Shown here one piece after another: positions 9,405 through 21,076 of a DNA stretch of 64,000 bases (the stretch's first letter is position 1; the number at the start of each line of letters is the position of its first letter). The notes beneath the pieces are model-generated. The model ran no database searches. It was not told where the DNA came from and saw nothing but the letters and a program-made list of their open reading frames with translations. The stretch is taken from assembly GCA_029882995.1 (NCBI GenBank), contig JAOUJV010000003.1, positions 373-64,372 on the forward strand, in the 5' to 3' direction. This stretch comes from Gammaproteobacteria bacterium (lineage in GTDB: Bacteria > Pseudomonadota > Gammaproteobacteria > DAOVJZ01). Both the position numbers and the translations under genes were made by a program.

Positions 9405-10058
9405 TCAATTCAAACGAAACTGCATTGCATAACTTACTTGTAATGGATATTCCATTTCCGGTGGTGGAGATGGGAATGGTACCGCTCTGGTGATAGCCTG
9501 TTCAGCAGCCCTTCGCAATACAAGCGCACCGCCATCTGTTTTCAAATTATTTATGTTTCCATTATTCAAAAGCTCAAATGAAACATTAATACTGCCTTCG
9601 ATACCACGACTGCGTGCAGATTGCGGATAATACTTATGGCCTTCAATATAGGTCAGCAAATTACTGAGATAATGTTCTTTGATAACTACTGTTCTGTTTG
9701 TTGCTTCTCGCTGCGCTGTTTCTGCAACTCTGGGTGCCACCGCTTTTTCATGTACAACATCCGGTGCTGGCTCCGGTTTTGGTTCAACTTTTTTTTCCAC
9801 TACCGGCTTGGGTTCAGTAATGGTTTCTTTCTTTAATTCAGGCTTGGGCTGTAATGTTTCCGGTTTGACTAATTGAGGTGGTTCTTGTGGCGGGGGCAAT
9901 AGATTGACATTAATCCGCTGTGCATATTCCGGTGCCTGTGCACTACTATTTAATTGATGACTCATAAACTGGACGAATATCAGCAAGTGAATGAATAACG
10001 AAACCGTCACCGCCGTCATATAGGTGCGATTTCCATCTGTTATATGATCAAACATCAT
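9405..10058 (-). CDS. tonB: Energy transducer TonB
   Basis: N-terminal transmembrane anchor, a Pro/Lys/Glu-rich spacer (PPPQEPPQLVKPETLQPKPELKKE...PKPEPAPD) and a C-terminal TonB domain. Confidence 0.8.
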   Translation of the reverse strand: MMFDHITDGNRTYMTAVTVSLFIHLLIFVQFMSHQLNSSAQAPEYAQRINVNLLPPPQEPPQLVKPETLQPKPELKKETITEPKPVVEKKVEPKPEPAPDVVHEKAVAPRVAETAQREATNRTVVIKEHYLSNLLTYIEGHKYYPQSARSRGIEGSINVSFELLNNGNINNLKTDGGALVLRRAAEQAITRAVPFPSPPPEMEYPLQVSYAMQFRLN

Positions 10059-10224
10059 GGGTATTTCTTATGCCCTTTCCGGGCCGGAAAATGACCAAAT
10101 CGGGGTTAAATTAGTTGAAATAGATATTAGCCAAGACTGGTGTCTACTAGAATGTGACACAGTGTCACGCGACAATTTGTCGCACCTCATTTGTTATTGC
10201 TGATATAAGCTTTAGAATGGAACC

Positions 10225-11493
10225 ATGCTAAAAGAACAAACAGTCACATCAGGTAACATCATTAATGTAAGACGCATTATCTGGCTACGGCTGATAGTGC
10301 TGGCAAGTGAAATAGTCGCACTATGGCTAACCATTGCCTATCTCAAAATTGCCCTGCCAATTCTGCCTATATCTGTAATATTGACTACTGTCATCACGAT
10401 CAGTATTGCCAGCCTGATTCGCCTGCGCATGGCATGGCCCGTATCCAACAAGGAGCTGTTTGGGCAACTGATTGTCGATGTGCTGGCATTGACATTGCTA
10501 CTGTATTACACCGGTGGTTCAACCAATCCATTTGCACCATTGTTCCTGTTACCGCTGATTTTGACAGCGGCTACCCTGCCCGGTCTTTACACATGGCTAA
10601 TGGTCATATTGACGATTGGCTGTTATTCACTCCTGCTATTTTTTTATATCCCGTTTCCTGAAGCACACAGTATGCATGGTGAAGGGTTTAGACTGCATGT
10701 ATTGGGAATGTGGCTCGGATTTATCCTGAGTGCCTTGTTGATTGCCGGTTTCACTGCACGCATGGCAGTCACAGTACAGCGACAAAATAAAAAAATTGCT
10801 ACCTTGCGTGAAAAGCAATTAAAACAGGAGCATATATTGGCGCTCGGTACACTGGCTGCCGGTGCGGCACATGAACTTGGCACGCCACTTTCTACCATGG
10901 CCGTACTATTGAATGATATTTCACCGGATACCCCCTTGCCGGAGTCCAGACTTCATACCCTGCAAAGTCAGGTTGACCGCTGCAAGAATATACTTGGTTC
11001 TATTTCAGCGGCTGCCGGTCAGATTCGGGCAGAATCCGGTAGTAGTGCGCTTCTGGATGAATACCTGAATGATCTGATTATTCGCTGGAATGAATCGCGA
11101 CCTGATGTGTTGGTAGATATCAACCTCAGTGGCTCTGAGCCCACCCCTCGTGTTGTAATAGATCAGACGCTGGAACAAGCCTTGTTAAATATATTGAATA
11201 ATGCCGCCGATGCCTCACCGGACAATGTTGAGGTCACCGCTGTTTGGTCACAACAGGAACTGACACTACAAGTATCCGATCGTGGAACCGGTCTTTCACC
11301 TGAACTGGTCGAGAAGGCTGGTGAACATATTTTAAGTACCAAACAGGATGGTATGGGACTGGGACTGTTTCTGACCTACACTACATTGGAGCGACTTGGT
11401 GGTGATGTACGCATTTTTAATCGTGAAGGTGGTGGCGTAATCTGTCAGATTAATCTGCCTCTCTCTAATATACAATTAACCAAAAATGACTGA
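10225..11493 (+). CDS. regB: Redox-responsive sensor histidine kinase, RegB/PrrB family
   Basis: Six N-terminal transmembrane helices, an H-box AAGAAHELGTPLSTMAVLLNDI and a C-terminal HATPase domain (DRGTGLSPE...GMGLGLFL). Confidence 0.8.
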   Translation: MLKEQTVTSGNIINVRRIIWLRLIVLASEIVALWLTIAYLKIALPILPISVILTTVITISIASLIRLRMAWPVSNKELFGQLIVDVLALTLLLYYTGGSTNPFAPLFLLPLILTAATLPGLYTWLMVILTIGCYSLLLFFYIPFPEAHSMHGEGFRLHVLGMWLGFILSALLIAGFTARMAVTVQRQNKKIATLREKQLKQEHILALGTLAAGAAHELGTPLSTMAVLLNDISPDTPLPESRLHTLQSQVDRCKNILGSISAAAGQIRAESGSSALLDEYLNDLIIRWNESRPDVLVDINLSGSEPTPRVVIDQTLEQALLNILNNAADASPDNVEVTAVWSQQELTLQVSDRGTGLSPELVEKAGEHILSTKQDGMGLGLFLTYTTLERLGGDVRIFNREGGGVICQINLPLSNIQLTKND

Positions 11494-12037
11494 ACAGGTA
11501 CAAACAGAACAACCCAGTTTACTGATTGTCGATGATGACAAAATCTTTTGCGAAGTGCTGTCAGAGGCAATGGCAAAACGTGGTTATACCGTGACCACAG
11601 CAAACAATGTTGATGAAGGGCTCGAGCTCGCCAGAAAGGAACCACCTGAGTACGCTGTCATTGATCTTAAGATGCCCGGTAAATCAGGGCTGGAAATGGT
11701 GACAGAGCTTAAAAAACTGGATGAGCATACACGCATGGTGGTATTAACAGGCTATGCATCCATTGCTACAGCAGTGGAAGCCATTAAACTGGGTGCTATT
11801 CATTATCTGGCGAAGCCGGCAGATGCAGATGACATTATGGCGGCATTCTTTCGTGATCAAGGAAACAAGGATGCGCCCATCCGCAATAAGCCATTATCGG
11901 TTGGGCAAGTCGAATGGGAACATATCCATAAAGTACTGACAGAATGTGATGGCAATATTTCAGAAACTGCACGACGACTAAACATGCATCGCCGAACACT
12001 GCAAAGAAAACTGGCCAAGTATCCGGTGAAGAATTAA
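11486..12037 (+). CDS. regA: Response regulator RegA/PrrA/ActR family (receiver plus Fis-type helix-turn-helix)
   Basis: Receiver domain (LLIVDDD...AVIDLKMPGKSG) and a C-terminal ETARRLNMHRRTLQRKLAK helix-turn-helix. Overlaps the kinase gene by 8 nt. Confidence 0.85.
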   Translation: MTEQVQTEQPSLLIVDDDKIFCEVLSEAMAKRGYTVTTANNVDEGLELARKEPPEYAVIDLKMPGKSGLEMVTELKKLDEHTRMVVLTGYASIATAVEAIKLGAIHYLAKPADADDIMAAFFRDQGNKDAPIRNKPLSVGQVEWEHIHKVLTECDGNISETARRLNMHRRTLQRKLAKYPVKN

Positions 12038-12062
12038 AAAAGGGGCCTTAAGGCCCCTTTTA
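12036..12062. terminator. Bidirectional rho-independent terminator (aaaaaggggccttaaggccccttttt)
   Basis: Perfect GC-rich hairpin flanked by an A-run and a T-run, between the convergent regA and PEP-CTERM genes. Confidence 0.8.
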
Positions 12063-12081
12063 TGTTGCGTTCCAAATCAAC

Positions 12082-12843
12082 TTATTTGCGTCGAGCAAAT
12101 CCCATCAGACCAACCAAGCCACTACCAAACAACCAGACTGCAGCAGGAACAGGAACAGGTGTAACTTCATATAATGTATTAAAAGTCACACTATCACCGG
12201 CTGAAAGGCCAAAGTTCATGTGAATACCGATAGTGTTATTAACAGCACCTGAAAAGGCGGTTGGACCCTGACTGATTTCGGCAATATTCAATGAACATCC
12301 CGGACCAATACAACTACTGCCAAAATTAAATGCCATCATGGTTGAACCATCAATCAGGCCAGACCAGTCATTAACATTGAGTGTTGCACCACCACTGTTG
12401 TCAGCATCCGTAAAAGAACCTGAAAAACTTCCAAAGTGATATCCATTAGTAAATGACGGAGAAATCGGTAGGGTAAACATGAGATCAAATGTCTGTATCA
12501 TCGAACTGGTATTGGTCACTGAAAAACTGCCGCCAATAAACGGATCCGGATCTGCCGTTAAAGACCAGCTGTAATCCCACAAAGGTGAAGAAACGCCTTC
12601 CACCATCATGGAAACATTGTCCATACCCATGTAGGTTGTCGTGCCATCCATGTTTTCCATGACAGTCACGTTCGATGCTGTCGAACTTGTCACATTAGAC
12701 AAATCCTGCATCCAGGTCATGGTGCCGGGAATCATTACCGTGTTGTTAAGACTAACAGGTGCCGCATAGGCTTGTGAAAACATGGTCAGTGCGACTGCAC
12801 CAAAAACCAAGGAACCAACATTACAGTGCTTTAGCTTCATCAC
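12082..12843 (-). CDS. PEP-CTERM sorting-domain secreted protein (exosortase substrate)
   Basis: N-terminal signal peptide, a Ser/Thr/Asn/Gly/Met-rich body, and a C-terminal VPVPAAVWLFGSGLVGLMGFARRK (P-V-P motif, hydrophobic helix, basic tail). Confidence 0.8.
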   Translation of the reverse strand: MMKLKHCNVGSLVFGAVALTMFSQAYAAPVSLNNTVMIPGTMTWMQDLSNVTSSTASNVTVMENMDGTTTYMGMDNVSMMVEGVSSPLWDYSWSLTADPDPFIGGSFSVTNTSSMIQTFDLMFTLPISPSFTNGYHFGSFSGSFTDADNSGGATLNVNDWSGLIDGSTMMAFNFGSSCIGPGCSLNIAEISQGPTAFSGAVNNTIGIHMNFGLSAGDSVTFNTLYEVTPVPVPAAVWLFGSGLVGLMGFARRK

Positions 12844-13006
12844 TGGACTACTCCCCTCATTAAATACTTTGTTGTTCTAATACTGCATTTGTTATTTATT
12901 TATGAATGATAAACAATAAGTCTGGACATTGTCCATGAATTTCTTTTTATAGATAATGAGACTTATTCTCATTCATAAGTACTATCAGCTTTCATTTTTA
13001 CAAATA

Positions 13007-13034
13007 AAAAAAGGGCCTAGAGCCCTTTTTTTAT
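13007..13034. terminator. Rho-independent terminator downstream of pnp (aaaaaaagggcctagagcccttttttt)
   Basis: GC hairpin with flanking A and T runs, located 3' of pnp on the minus strand. Confidence 0.8.
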
Positions 13035-13054
13035 TTCTGTCTTAAGTTTAAAAC

Positions 13055-15142
13055 TTACTCATTAACCGCCTTCATGCTCAGACGAATACGGCCTTGCTTA
13101 TCGACTTCCAGTACCTTCACCTTAATCATGTCACCTTCAGACAGTTTGTCGCTGACATTTTCAACGCGCTCTTCTGAAATTTGTGAGATGTGTACCAGTC
13201 CGTCTTTGCCTGGCAGGATGGTGACAAATGCACCAAAGTCCATGAGCTTGGCTACACGGCCTTCGTAAATCATACCAACTTCCACTTCTGCAGTCAGTTG
13301 TTCGATACGGCGACGTGCTTCTTCACCTGCTGCCTTGTCAACAGAAGAGACCTTCACTTCACCATCGTCAGTAATGTCAACGCCAGCACCGGTTTCTTCA
13401 GTAATAGCACGGATGGTTGCACCACCTTTACCAATTACGTCACGAATCTTGTCAGGGTTAATCTTGAAGCTGATGATGCGAGGCGCATATTCAGACATGT
13501 CTTCACGTGCTGATGAAATCACCTTGTTCATTTCACCCAGGATATGCAAGCGACCTTCTTTTGCCTGACCCAGTGCAATTTCCATGATTTCCTTTGTGAT
13601 ACCGTCAATCTTGATGTCCATTTGCAATGCAGTAACACCATCGTTAGTACCAGCCACCTTAAAGTCCATGTCACCCAGATGATCTTCATCACCCAGAATG
13701 TCGCTCAGTACAGCAAAATCACTACCTTCCTTAATCAGACCCATCGCAATACCGGCAACAGGCGCTTTCAATGGTATGCCTGCATCCATCATAGCCAAAC
13801 TACTGCCACAAACTGATGCCATTGAGCTGGAACCGTTTGATTCTGTAATTTCGGATACAACGCGAACGGCGTATGGAAATTCGTTCATGTCCGGCATAAC
13901 CGCAGCAACACCACGCTTGGCCAGACGACCATGACCGATTTCACGACGACCTGGTGAACCGGTACGACCTGTTTCACCTACGCAGAAAGGAGGGAAATTA
14001 TAGTGCAACATGAAAGGTTCGGTTTTGGTTCCTTCCAGCGCATCAATTTTTTGTGCATCACGTGTTGTACCCAGTGTTGTTACAACGATGGCTTGTGTTT
14101 CACCACGTGTAAACAGGGCTGAACCATGTGTGCGTGGCAAGACGCCGGTACGTACTGAAATCTGACGAACAGACTTATTGTCACGTCCATCAATACGTGG
14201 CTTGCCCTCAATAATACGGCTGCGAACAATCTTTTTCTCCAGCTTGCCGATAGCACCACTGACTTCTTCCGAGCTATAGCTAGGTGAAGCACCTTCAGCA
14301 GTAAATACTTCCATCAAGCCTTTGCGAATTTCACTCAGCTTGGTATAACGTTCCTGTTTGTCTGCAATCTGGTAGGCAGCATCAAGTTTATCCTTACCAT
14401 CAGCGGCAATGGCATTAGCCAGTTCTTCATTGGCAACAGGTGCTTCCCATTCCATTTTCGGTGTATTGACTTCAGCAGCAAATTCCCGGATTGCATTAAT
14501 CACTGTTTTGCCTGAATCATGACCGAATACAACCGCACCAAGCATGACTTCTTCTGACAACATCTTGGCTTCTGATTCCACCATCAATACAGCATTTTCT
14601 GTTCCAGCGACAACCAGATCCAGTGCGGAATTTTCAAGCTGACTGAATGTTGGATTTAAAACATAATTACCATCAATGTAACCCACACGGGCTGCACCGA
14701 TTGGGCCATTGAAAGGTGCGCCGGAAATTGACAGTGCTGCTGATGTACCAATCATGGCTGGAATATCAGGATCAATTTCAGGGTTGAGTGACATCACGGT
14801 TGCGATGACCTGCACTTCGTTGGCATAACCTTTAGGGAAAAGCGGACGAACCGGACGATCAATTAATCGTGAAGTCAGTGTTTCCTTTTCGGATGGACGA
14901 CCTTCACGTTTGAAAAAACTGCCTGGAATCTTGCCGGCAGCGTATGACTTTTCCTGATAGTTAATTGTCAGCGGGAAGAAGTCTCTGCCTTCTGTCGCTT
15001 CTTTTTCTACAACGGCGGTTACAAGCAATGTTGTACCATCCATATCAACTATAACTGCACCACTTGCCTGACGTGCAATTTCACCTGTTTCTAATGTGAC
15101 GGTGTGATCACCGTACTGAAAGCTTTTCTTTACCGAAGCCAC
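13055..15142 (-). CDS. pnp: Polynucleotide phosphorylase
   Basis: 695 aa with two RNase PH domains plus KH and S1 domains. The N-terminus [26 protein letters not shown] is typical. Confidence 0.95.
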   Translation of the reverse strand: MASVKKSFQYGDHTVTLETGEIARQASGAVIVDMDGTTLLVTAVVEKEATEGRDFFPLTINYQEKSYAAGKIPGSFFKREGRPSEKETLTSRLIDRPVRPLFPKGYANEVQVIATVMSLNPEIDPDIPAMIGTSAALSISGAPFNGPIGAARVGYIDGNYVLNPTFSQLENSALDLVVAGTENAVLMVESEAKMLSEEVMLGAVVFGHDSGKTVINAIREFAAEVNTPKMEWEAPVANEELANAIAADGKDKLDAAYQIADKQERYTKLSEIRKGLMEVFTAEGASPSYSSEEVSGAIGKLEKKIVRSRIIEGKPRIDGRDNKSVRQISVRTGVLPRTHGSALFTRGETQAIVVTTLGTTRDAQKIDALEGTKTEPFMLHYNFPPFCVGETGRTGSPGRREIGHGRLAKRGVAAVMPDMNEFPYAVRVVSEITESNGSSSMASVCGSSLAMMDAGIPLKAPVAGIAMGLIKEGSDFAVLSDILGDEDHLGDMDFKVAGTNDGVTALQMDIKIDGITKEIMEIALGQAKEGRLHILGEMNKVISSAREDMSEYAPRIISFKINPDKIRDVIGKGGATIRAITEETGAGVDITDDGEVKVSSVDKAAGEEARRRIEQLTAEVEVGMIYEGRVAKLMDFGAFVTILPGKDGLVHISQISEERVENVSDKLSEGDMIKVKVLEVDKQGRIRLSMKAVNE

Positions 15143-15182
15143 TATGATTTACCTTTTTTAATGTTTTGAATGTGAACAAAAG

Positions 15183-15208
15183 AAAACGCCTGATTAACAG
15201 GCGTTTTT
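15183..15208 (-). terminator. rpsO terminator / pnp leader hairpin
   Basis: aaaacgcctgattaacaggcgttttt between rpsO and pnp. This is the classical partial terminator and RNase III processing region. Confidence 0.7.
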
Positions 15209-15220
15209 AAAATGTACTTT

Positions 15221-15490
15221 TTACTTACGAAGACCCAGTTTGCTAATCAAAGCACGATAGCGTTCCAGATCCTTTTTCTTGAGGTAGTCGAGCAGCTTGC
15301 GGCGCTGACTAACCATTCTCAACAAACCCTGACGGGAATGATGATCATGAATGTGTTCTTTGAAGTGTCCAGACAAATCATTAATACGTGCTGATAATAA
15401 AGCCACCTGTACTTCCGGTGAACCAGTATCAGTTGCTGACTTCTGGTTGTCTTTAATGACTTCAGCTTTTTGTTGTGCATTTAGCGACAT
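15221..15490 (-). CDS. rpsO: 30S ribosomal protein S15
   Basis: 89 aa: [46 protein letters not shown]... Confidence 0.95.
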   Translation of the reverse strand: MSLNAQQKAEVIKDNQKSATDTGSPEVQVALLSARINDLSGHFKEHIHDHHSRQGLLRMVSQRRKLLDYLKKKDLERYRALISKLGLRK

Positions 15491-15617
15491 GCAACTCTCC
15501 TGAGTGTTCTCTCTTTCTAAATATTGCCTTTAAATTCAGGCGCGTATTGTAACCGCGAGTCGGGCCTCGAACAAGCCAAATTACCGATTTTTGGTTAATT
15601 TTTTAGGGAATCCGGGA

Positions 15618-16532
15618 TCAGGCTGTATTGACCAGCCGCTTGGGGGCTACACGACCATCATCGGTAATCTGCCCTACCCCCAGAAAATCGTCTTCACCAG
15701 CAAATATCCGTACCCAGCCCTGAGTAGGTGCCTTAGGCACCTGTACCGCCTGTCCCATTCGCAGATAATAGGCCGTATCCGAGTTCAAATTCACATCAGG
15801 CCAGTCCGTCAGGGCAGTTTCGATAGGTAAAATCATCTTTTTCAGCACATCCGGCTGATCCTTGGCAGCGAACAGGTCATCCAGCGTCACCATGTCATCC
15901 CCTGAAAACGGCCCCAGTCCAGTCCGTCTCAGACTGGAAACATGGCCGCCACAACCGAGTTCACGTCCCATATCCTCAGCCAGAGTGCGTATATATGTCC
16001 CCTTGGAGCACAAGATGTCGAGAGTAACTTCATTACCCTCTACCTTAATCAGGTTCATTTCATGAATCCGCACCTTGCGTGACTGGCGTTCCACTTCCTG
16101 TCCTGCCCGTGCCAATTTGTAGAGCGGCTGTCCCTTATGCTTAATAGCTGAATACATAGGTGGGATTTGCTCAATCTCACCGGTAAACTGTTTAATGACT
16201 TCCGGAATACGTGCCAGCATGGCTTCGGTAACTTCCTTTTGTTCCAGAATATCGCCTTCTGCATCACCGGTTGCAGTTGTTTCACCCAGCCTGAAAGTAG
16301 ACAGGTAGCGTTTGTCCGAATCAAGCAAGTAGGCTGAAATCTTGGTTGCCTCTCCCAAACAAACTGCCAGCAAACCTGTTGCCAATGGGTCGAGACTGCC
16401 GGTATGTCCGGCTTTTTTGACTTTCAGTATGCGTTTTACTTTCTGTAATGCGGCATTTGATGACAAACCTAACGGTTTATCGAGCAACACTATGCCATGC
16501 AAGTTACTTTTTCTGGCTTGAGGCTGGTTCAT
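15618..16532 (-). CDS. truB: tRNA pseudouridine(55) synthase
   Basis: 304 aa with GIVLLDKPLGLSSNAALQKVKRIL and GHTGSLDPLATGLL motifs. Confidence 0.95.
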   Translation of the reverse strand: MNQPQARKSNLHGIVLLDKPLGLSSNAALQKVKRILKVKKAGHTGSLDPLATGLLAVCLGEATKISAYLLDSDKRYLSTFRLGETTATGDAEGDILEQKEVTEAMLARIPEVIKQFTGEIEQIPPMYSAIKHKGQPLYKLARAGQEVERQSRKVRIHEMNLIKVEGNEVTLDILCSKGTYIRTLAEDMGRELGCGGHVSSLRRTGLGPFSGDDMVTLDDLFAAKDQPDVLKKMILPIETALTDWPDVNLNSDTAYYLRMGQAVQVPKAPTQGWVRIFAGEDDFLGVGQITDDGRVAPKRLVNTA

Positions 16533-16930
16533 TCGTTTTCCTTATCCTGTTCTTCATCACGATCTGCGGCCTTTTCCTTGTCTGTGGTAACAGCATGTTC
16601 AATTAATGCCGATAGATTTGCGCCATGCTCCATGGTTTTATCGTGATAAAACTGGAGTTTGGGCATGGTACGCATATTGGTCGATTTCGAGAGGGTATGG
16701 CGTAGAAAACCGGCTGCCTTGTTCAGGATACCGAGTGATGCTTTTGTTTCATCATCTGCACCAGACATCATGATATAGACCTTGGCATAAGCCATGTCAC
16801 GTGATACTTCCACAGCAGAAACAGTCACCATACCAAGACGCGGATCCTTGATCTCGTTTTGAATAAGCAGAGCCAGATCGCGCTGTAACTGCTCGCCAAC
16901 ACGTCGGCTACGACTGAAGTCTTTACTCAT
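16529..16930 (-). CDS. rbfA: Ribosome-binding factor A
   Basis: 133 aa: RVGEQLQRDLALLIQNEIKDPRLGMVTVSAVEVSRDMAYAKVY. Acidic C-terminal tail. Confidence 0.9.
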   Translation of the reverse strand: MSKDFSRSRRVGEQLQRDLALLIQNEIKDPRLGMVTVSAVEVSRDMAYAKVYIMMSGADDETKASLGILNKAAGFLRHTLSKSTNMRTMPKLQFYHDKTMEHGANLSALIEHAVTTDKEKAADRDEEQDKENE

Positions 16931-16975
16931 ATTAAACTGAACCGGATTGCAGGATGAAAATGTTACCGTTTTGGG

Positions 16976-19504
16976 TTACAGGCTACGAGCCACTTCAACT
17001 CGCTCATATACTTCGATCTGATCGCCTGGCTTCACATCATTGTAATCCTTGACGCCAATACCACATTCAGTGCCGGACTGGACTTCATTCACATCGTCCT
17101 TGAATCGACGCAGTGATTCCAGTTCACCTTGATAAATAACAACGTTATCACGTAACACGCGGATAGGACTGCTCTTCTTGACGGTACCTTCAATAACAAG
17201 ACAACCGGCAATGGCACCCAGCTTGGGTGATTTGAATACATCACGTACTTCTGCCAGCCCGATAATTTCTTCCTTCACATCCGGACTCAACATACCGCTT
17301 AATGCATTCTTCACTTCATCAATGGCTTCGTAGATAACACTGTAGTAATGCAAATCAAGCTCATTGTCAGAAATAACGGATTTTGCAGATGCATCAGCAC
17401 GCACATTAAAACCGATAATAACTGCTTTGGATGCCGCAGCAAGATTAGCATCAGTTTCATTAATGCCACCTACACCACTTCCAACAATCTTGACTCTCAC
17501 TTCATCAGTCGACAGTTTTTCAAGTGCATCTGATAATGCTTCGGCTGAACCCTGAACATCTGCCTTCACAACAACATTCAGTGTGCTGACTGCACCTTCT
17601 TCCATTTGGGTAAATACATCAGCCAGCTTGGCTGCCTGTTGCTTGGCCAGCTTGCTTTCACGATCCTTGGTCTGACGGAATGTCGCAATATCACGCGCCT
17701 TGCGCTCGGTTGGAACAACCATGACTTCATCACCCGCATTTGGCACACCTGACAGGCCCAGTACTTCAACCGGGGTTGACGGACCAGCTTCATCCAGCTT
17801 TTTATGGTTTTCATCCAGCATGGCACGTACACGACCAAACTCGGTACCAGACAATATGATGTCACCATTCTTTAATGTACCGCTTTGTATCAATAGTGTT
17901 GCAACCGGACCACGACCTTTATCCAGTTTGGATTCAATAACAACACCCCGTGCCGGCCCGTCTTTTACAGCTTTTAGCTCGAGTACTTCTGCCTGCAGGA
18001 TAATGGCTTCAAGCAAATCATCAACACCATCTCCTGTCTGTGCAGACACATGGGCAAACATGGTGTCACCACCCCATTCTTCCGGAATAACTTCATGATT
18101 TGAAAGTTCGGTTTTGACACGATCCGGATCGGCTTCCGGTTTATCCATCTTGTTTACTGCAATAATCAACGGCACTTTGCCCGCTTTGGCATGTTGTATT
18201 GCTTCAATTGTTTGCGGCATGACACCGTCATCAGCAGCCACAACCAGAACAACAATATCTGTTGCGCTGGCACCGCGTGCTCGCATGGCAGTAAATGCCG
18301 CGTGACCTGGTGTATCCAGGAAAGTGATACCACCCTTGTCCAGTTCAACGTGATAGGCACCTATGTGTTGTGTAATACCGCCTGCTTCACCCGCAGCCAC
18401 CTTGGTGCGGCGTATATAATCCAGTAATGATGTCTTGCCATGATCAACGTGGCCCATGATGGTCACAACCGGTGGACGCGGTTCTTTTTCACCGCTTGCA
18501 GCATCACCTGCCAACACCAGATCCTGCTCGAGTGCATTTTCGTGAAGAATTTTTGGCGTATGCCCCATTTCTTCAACAACAATCGCAGCCGTATCCTGAT
18601 CAATAGCCTGATTGATGGTAACCATACTGCCCATGTTCATCATGGCCTTGATAACTTCGCCAGCCTTCACTGACATTTTCTGGGCAAGTTCACCAACAGT
18701 AATGGTTTCCGGGATAGCCACTTCACGCACAATCGGTGCAGTCGGCATTTCAAATCCGTGCTCCTCCGAACCCCTGACAGCAACACGTCTTTGCTTTTTA
18801 GGTTTCTTGCGACGACCACCAGGACCAGTATCTCCTGCTACATGAAGTTCCTTTCTTCCGTATTTTGATTTCTTGCCAAAATCATCGTCTTCATGTTTCT
18901 TGCCCTTGCGATCCTTCTTGCGCTTGCCTGCAGCATCAGTCTCCGGTGCAGGTGCAACAACAGCCGGGGTAATAACAGCTTCAGCTGATACTTCCTCTTC
19001 GATCTTCTCTTCTACTGACTCAGCTTCGGCTTCGATCGGAGTTTCTGTAACAACAGGTTCGGTTACAACTTCAGCCTGTTCTGCAGTCTCAAGAATTTCT
19101 TCTTCAACTGCCTGCTCTTCAACCGGCTCTTCAATTTCTTCTTTCGGCAAACGTTTTACGTAGGTACGCTTCTTGCGCACTTCCACACTGACAGTATTGA
19201 CTGTCTTTGCACGTGTTGCTGCTGCACCACGTCCGGCACGACCACCCGTTGAACCGGTTTGCCTCAGTTCACTGACAGTTTTACGTTTGAGTGTTATTTT
19301 TTTAGGCTCTGCTGATAATGCAATCTTGCTTTCACTCTTGCCGTGTTTGTTGCGCAAGTGAGAAAGTAATTTCATTTTTTCGTTATCAGTAATGGTCTGA
19401 TCTTCGCCCTTTACTTCCAGACCCGCTTCTCCAAGCTGGGTTAAAAGACGATCAACCGGAATCCCGACAACATCAGCAAATTGTTTTACCGTAATTTCAG
19501 ACAT
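16976..19504 (-). CDS. infB: Translation initiation factor IF-2
   Basis: 842 aa with a G-domain ([21 protein letters not shown]) and the conserved C-terminal domains. Confidence 0.95.
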   Translation of the reverse strand: MSEITVKQFADVVGIPVDRLLTQLGEAGLEVKGEDQTITDNEKMKLLSHLRNKHGKSESKIALSAEPKKITLKRKTVSELRQTGSTGGRAGRGAAATRAKTVNTVSVEVRKKRTYVKRLPKEEIEEPVEEQAVEEEILETAEQAEVVTEPVVTETPIEAEAESVEEKIEEEVSAEAVITPAVVAPAPETDAAGKRKKDRKGKKHEDDDFGKKSKYGRKELHVAGDTGPGGRRKKPKKQRRVAVRGSEEHGFEMPTAPIVREVAIPETITVGELAQKMSVKAGEVIKAMMNMGSMVTINQAIDQDTAAIVVEEMGHTPKILHENALEQDLVLAGDAASGEKEPRPPVVTIMGHVDHGKTSLLDYIRRTKVAAGEAGGITQHIGAYHVELDKGGITFLDTPGHAAFTAMRARGASATDIVVLVVAADDGVMPQTIEAIQHAKAGKVPLIIAVNKMDKPEADPDRVKTELSNHEVIPEEWGGDTMFAHVSAQTGDGVDDLLEAIILQAEVLELKAVKDGPARGVVIESKLDKGRGPVATLLIQSGTLKNGDIILSGTEFGRVRAMLDENHKKLDEAGPSTPVEVLGLSGVPNAGDEVMVVPTERKARDIATFRQTKDRESKLAKQQAAKLADVFTQMEEGAVSTLNVVVKADVQGSAEALSDALEKLSTDEVRVKIVGSGVGGINETDANLAAASKAVIIGFNVRADASAKSVISDNELDLHYYSVIYEAIDEVKNALSGMLSPDVKEEIIGLAEVRDVFKSPKLGAIAGCLVIEGTVKKSSPIRVLRDNVVIYQGELESLRRFKDDVNEVQSGTECGIGVKDYNDVKPGDQIEVYERVEVARSL

Positions 19505-19526
19505 ATTTTATTTATACTTTTAACCT

Positions 19527-21026
19527 TCAGGCCTGTTCTTCTGCAAACCAGGGGGCACGTGCTGTCATGATCAGTTCACCTGCCCGTTCTTCATCCATAC
19601 CATCCAGTACCATCAATTCGTCGATAGACTGCTCAGCCAAATCCTCCATTGTTAACACGCCCATATTGGCCAGTGCATAGGCTGTTTCCTTATCCATACC
19701 ATCCATTTCAAGCAAATCCTGCGCCGGTTCCTTGTCGCCAATAATTTCTTCCTGCATGATGGCGCGTGTCAACATAACGTCCTTGGCACGATTACGCAGC
19801 TCTTCCACCATGTCTTCATCGAATTCTTCGATGTTCATCATTTCCTGCTTTGGCACATAGGCGACTTCTTCCACGCTGGAAAAACCTTCCTGAACAAGGA
19901 TAGCAGACACTTCTTCATCCACGTCGAGCTGTTCCATAAATAGTTTCACCAATGATGATGCTTCGGCTTCACTCTTTTCTTCAGCTTCCGACTCGGTCAT
20001 GATGTTCAATGTCCAGCCTGTCAGTTCACTTGCCAGACGTACGTTCTGCCCGCCACGACCGATTGCCTGTGACAACTGATCTTCATCAACCGCGATATCC
20101 ATGCTGTGGGAATCTTCATCAACAACAATAGAGCTGGCTTCTGCCGGAGACAGTGCATTAATAACAAACTGGGCCGGGTTAGCATCCCACAAAATAATAT
20201 CAACGCGTTCACCACCCAGTTCACCGGAAACAGACTGTACACGTGAACCACGCATGCCCACACAGGCACCAACCGGATCGATACGTGAATCATTTGTCTT
20301 GACCGCAATCTTTGCGCGCAAACCGGGATCGCGTGCTGCTCCCAGAATCTCCAGCAGACCTTCACCAATTTCCGGTACTTCGATACGGAACAACTCAATT
20401 AATAATTCTGGTGCGGTACGACTGACATACAGTTGCGGTCCGCGTGCTTCAGCATTGATCTCGTATAAGTAACCACGTACACGATCACCATTGCGAACAG
20501 ATTCTCTCGGGATCAGGTTTTCACGGAAAATAACGGCTTCTGCATTATTCCCGAGATCAAGAATGACATTGCCACGGTCAATACGTTTAACCACACCCAT
20601 GACCAGTTCACCAATACGATCTTTATAGGCATCCACAATCTGGGCACGTTCAGCATCACGCACTTTTTGCACAATGACCTGCTTTGCAATCTGCGCCGCA
20701 ATACGTCCGAACTCGACGGATTCAATAGGCTCTTCGATATAGTCACCGACTTCAATATCTTCGATCTGTTCCAGCGCGATGTCGTGATAAATCTGTGCAT
20801 CAGGAAATTCCATCTCGACTGTATCGTCAATGACTTGCCAGCGACGGAAAGTATTGTAGTCGCCTGTTTTCCGATCAATTTCGACACGTGCATCAATACT
20901 GCCACCATGACGTTTTTTCGTCGCAGTAGCCAATGCGGCTTCGATTGCCTCGAAAATGATTTCCTTGCTGACACCCTTTTCATTGGATACAGCTTCTGCC
21001 ACCATCAAAATTTCTTTGTTTGCCAT
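19527..21026 (-). CDS. nusA: Transcription termination/antitermination factor NusA
   Basis: 499 aa with S1, KH and C-terminal acidic repeat domains. Lies upstream of infB in the conserved operon. Confidence 0.95.
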   Translation of the reverse strand: MANKEILMVAEAVSNEKGVSKEIIFEAIEAALATATKKRHGGSIDARVEIDRKTGDYNTFRRWQVIDDTVEMEFPDAQIYHDIALEQIEDIEVGDYIEEPIESVEFGRIAAQIAKQVIVQKVRDAERAQIVDAYKDRIGELVMGVVKRIDRGNVILDLGNNAEAVIFRENLIPRESVRNGDRVRGYLYEINAEARGPQLYVSRTAPELLIELFRIEVPEIGEGLLEILGAARDPGLRAKIAVKTNDSRIDPVGACVGMRGSRVQSVSGELGGERVDIILWDANPAQFVINALSPAEASSIVVDEDSHSMDIAVDEDQLSQAIGRGGQNVRLASELTGWTLNIMTESEAEEKSEAEASSLVKLFMEQLDVDEEVSAILVQEGFSSVEEVAYVPKQEMMNIEEFDEDMVEELRNRAKDVMLTRAIMQEEIIGDKEPAQDLLEMDGMDKETAYALANMGVLTMEDLAEQSIDELMVLDGMDEERAGELIMTARAPWFAEEQA

Positions 21027-21076
21027 TTCTGATGCCTCTAAACTAATTCCTGAATTCTGTTTGCAAAATTATCAAC

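Noticed and set aside
13074-21032. Numerous 60-130-aa ORFs on the opposite strand inside pnp, infB, nusA and truB
   Set aside because: They are antisense shadows of highly conserved housekeeping genes, with low-complexity translations.
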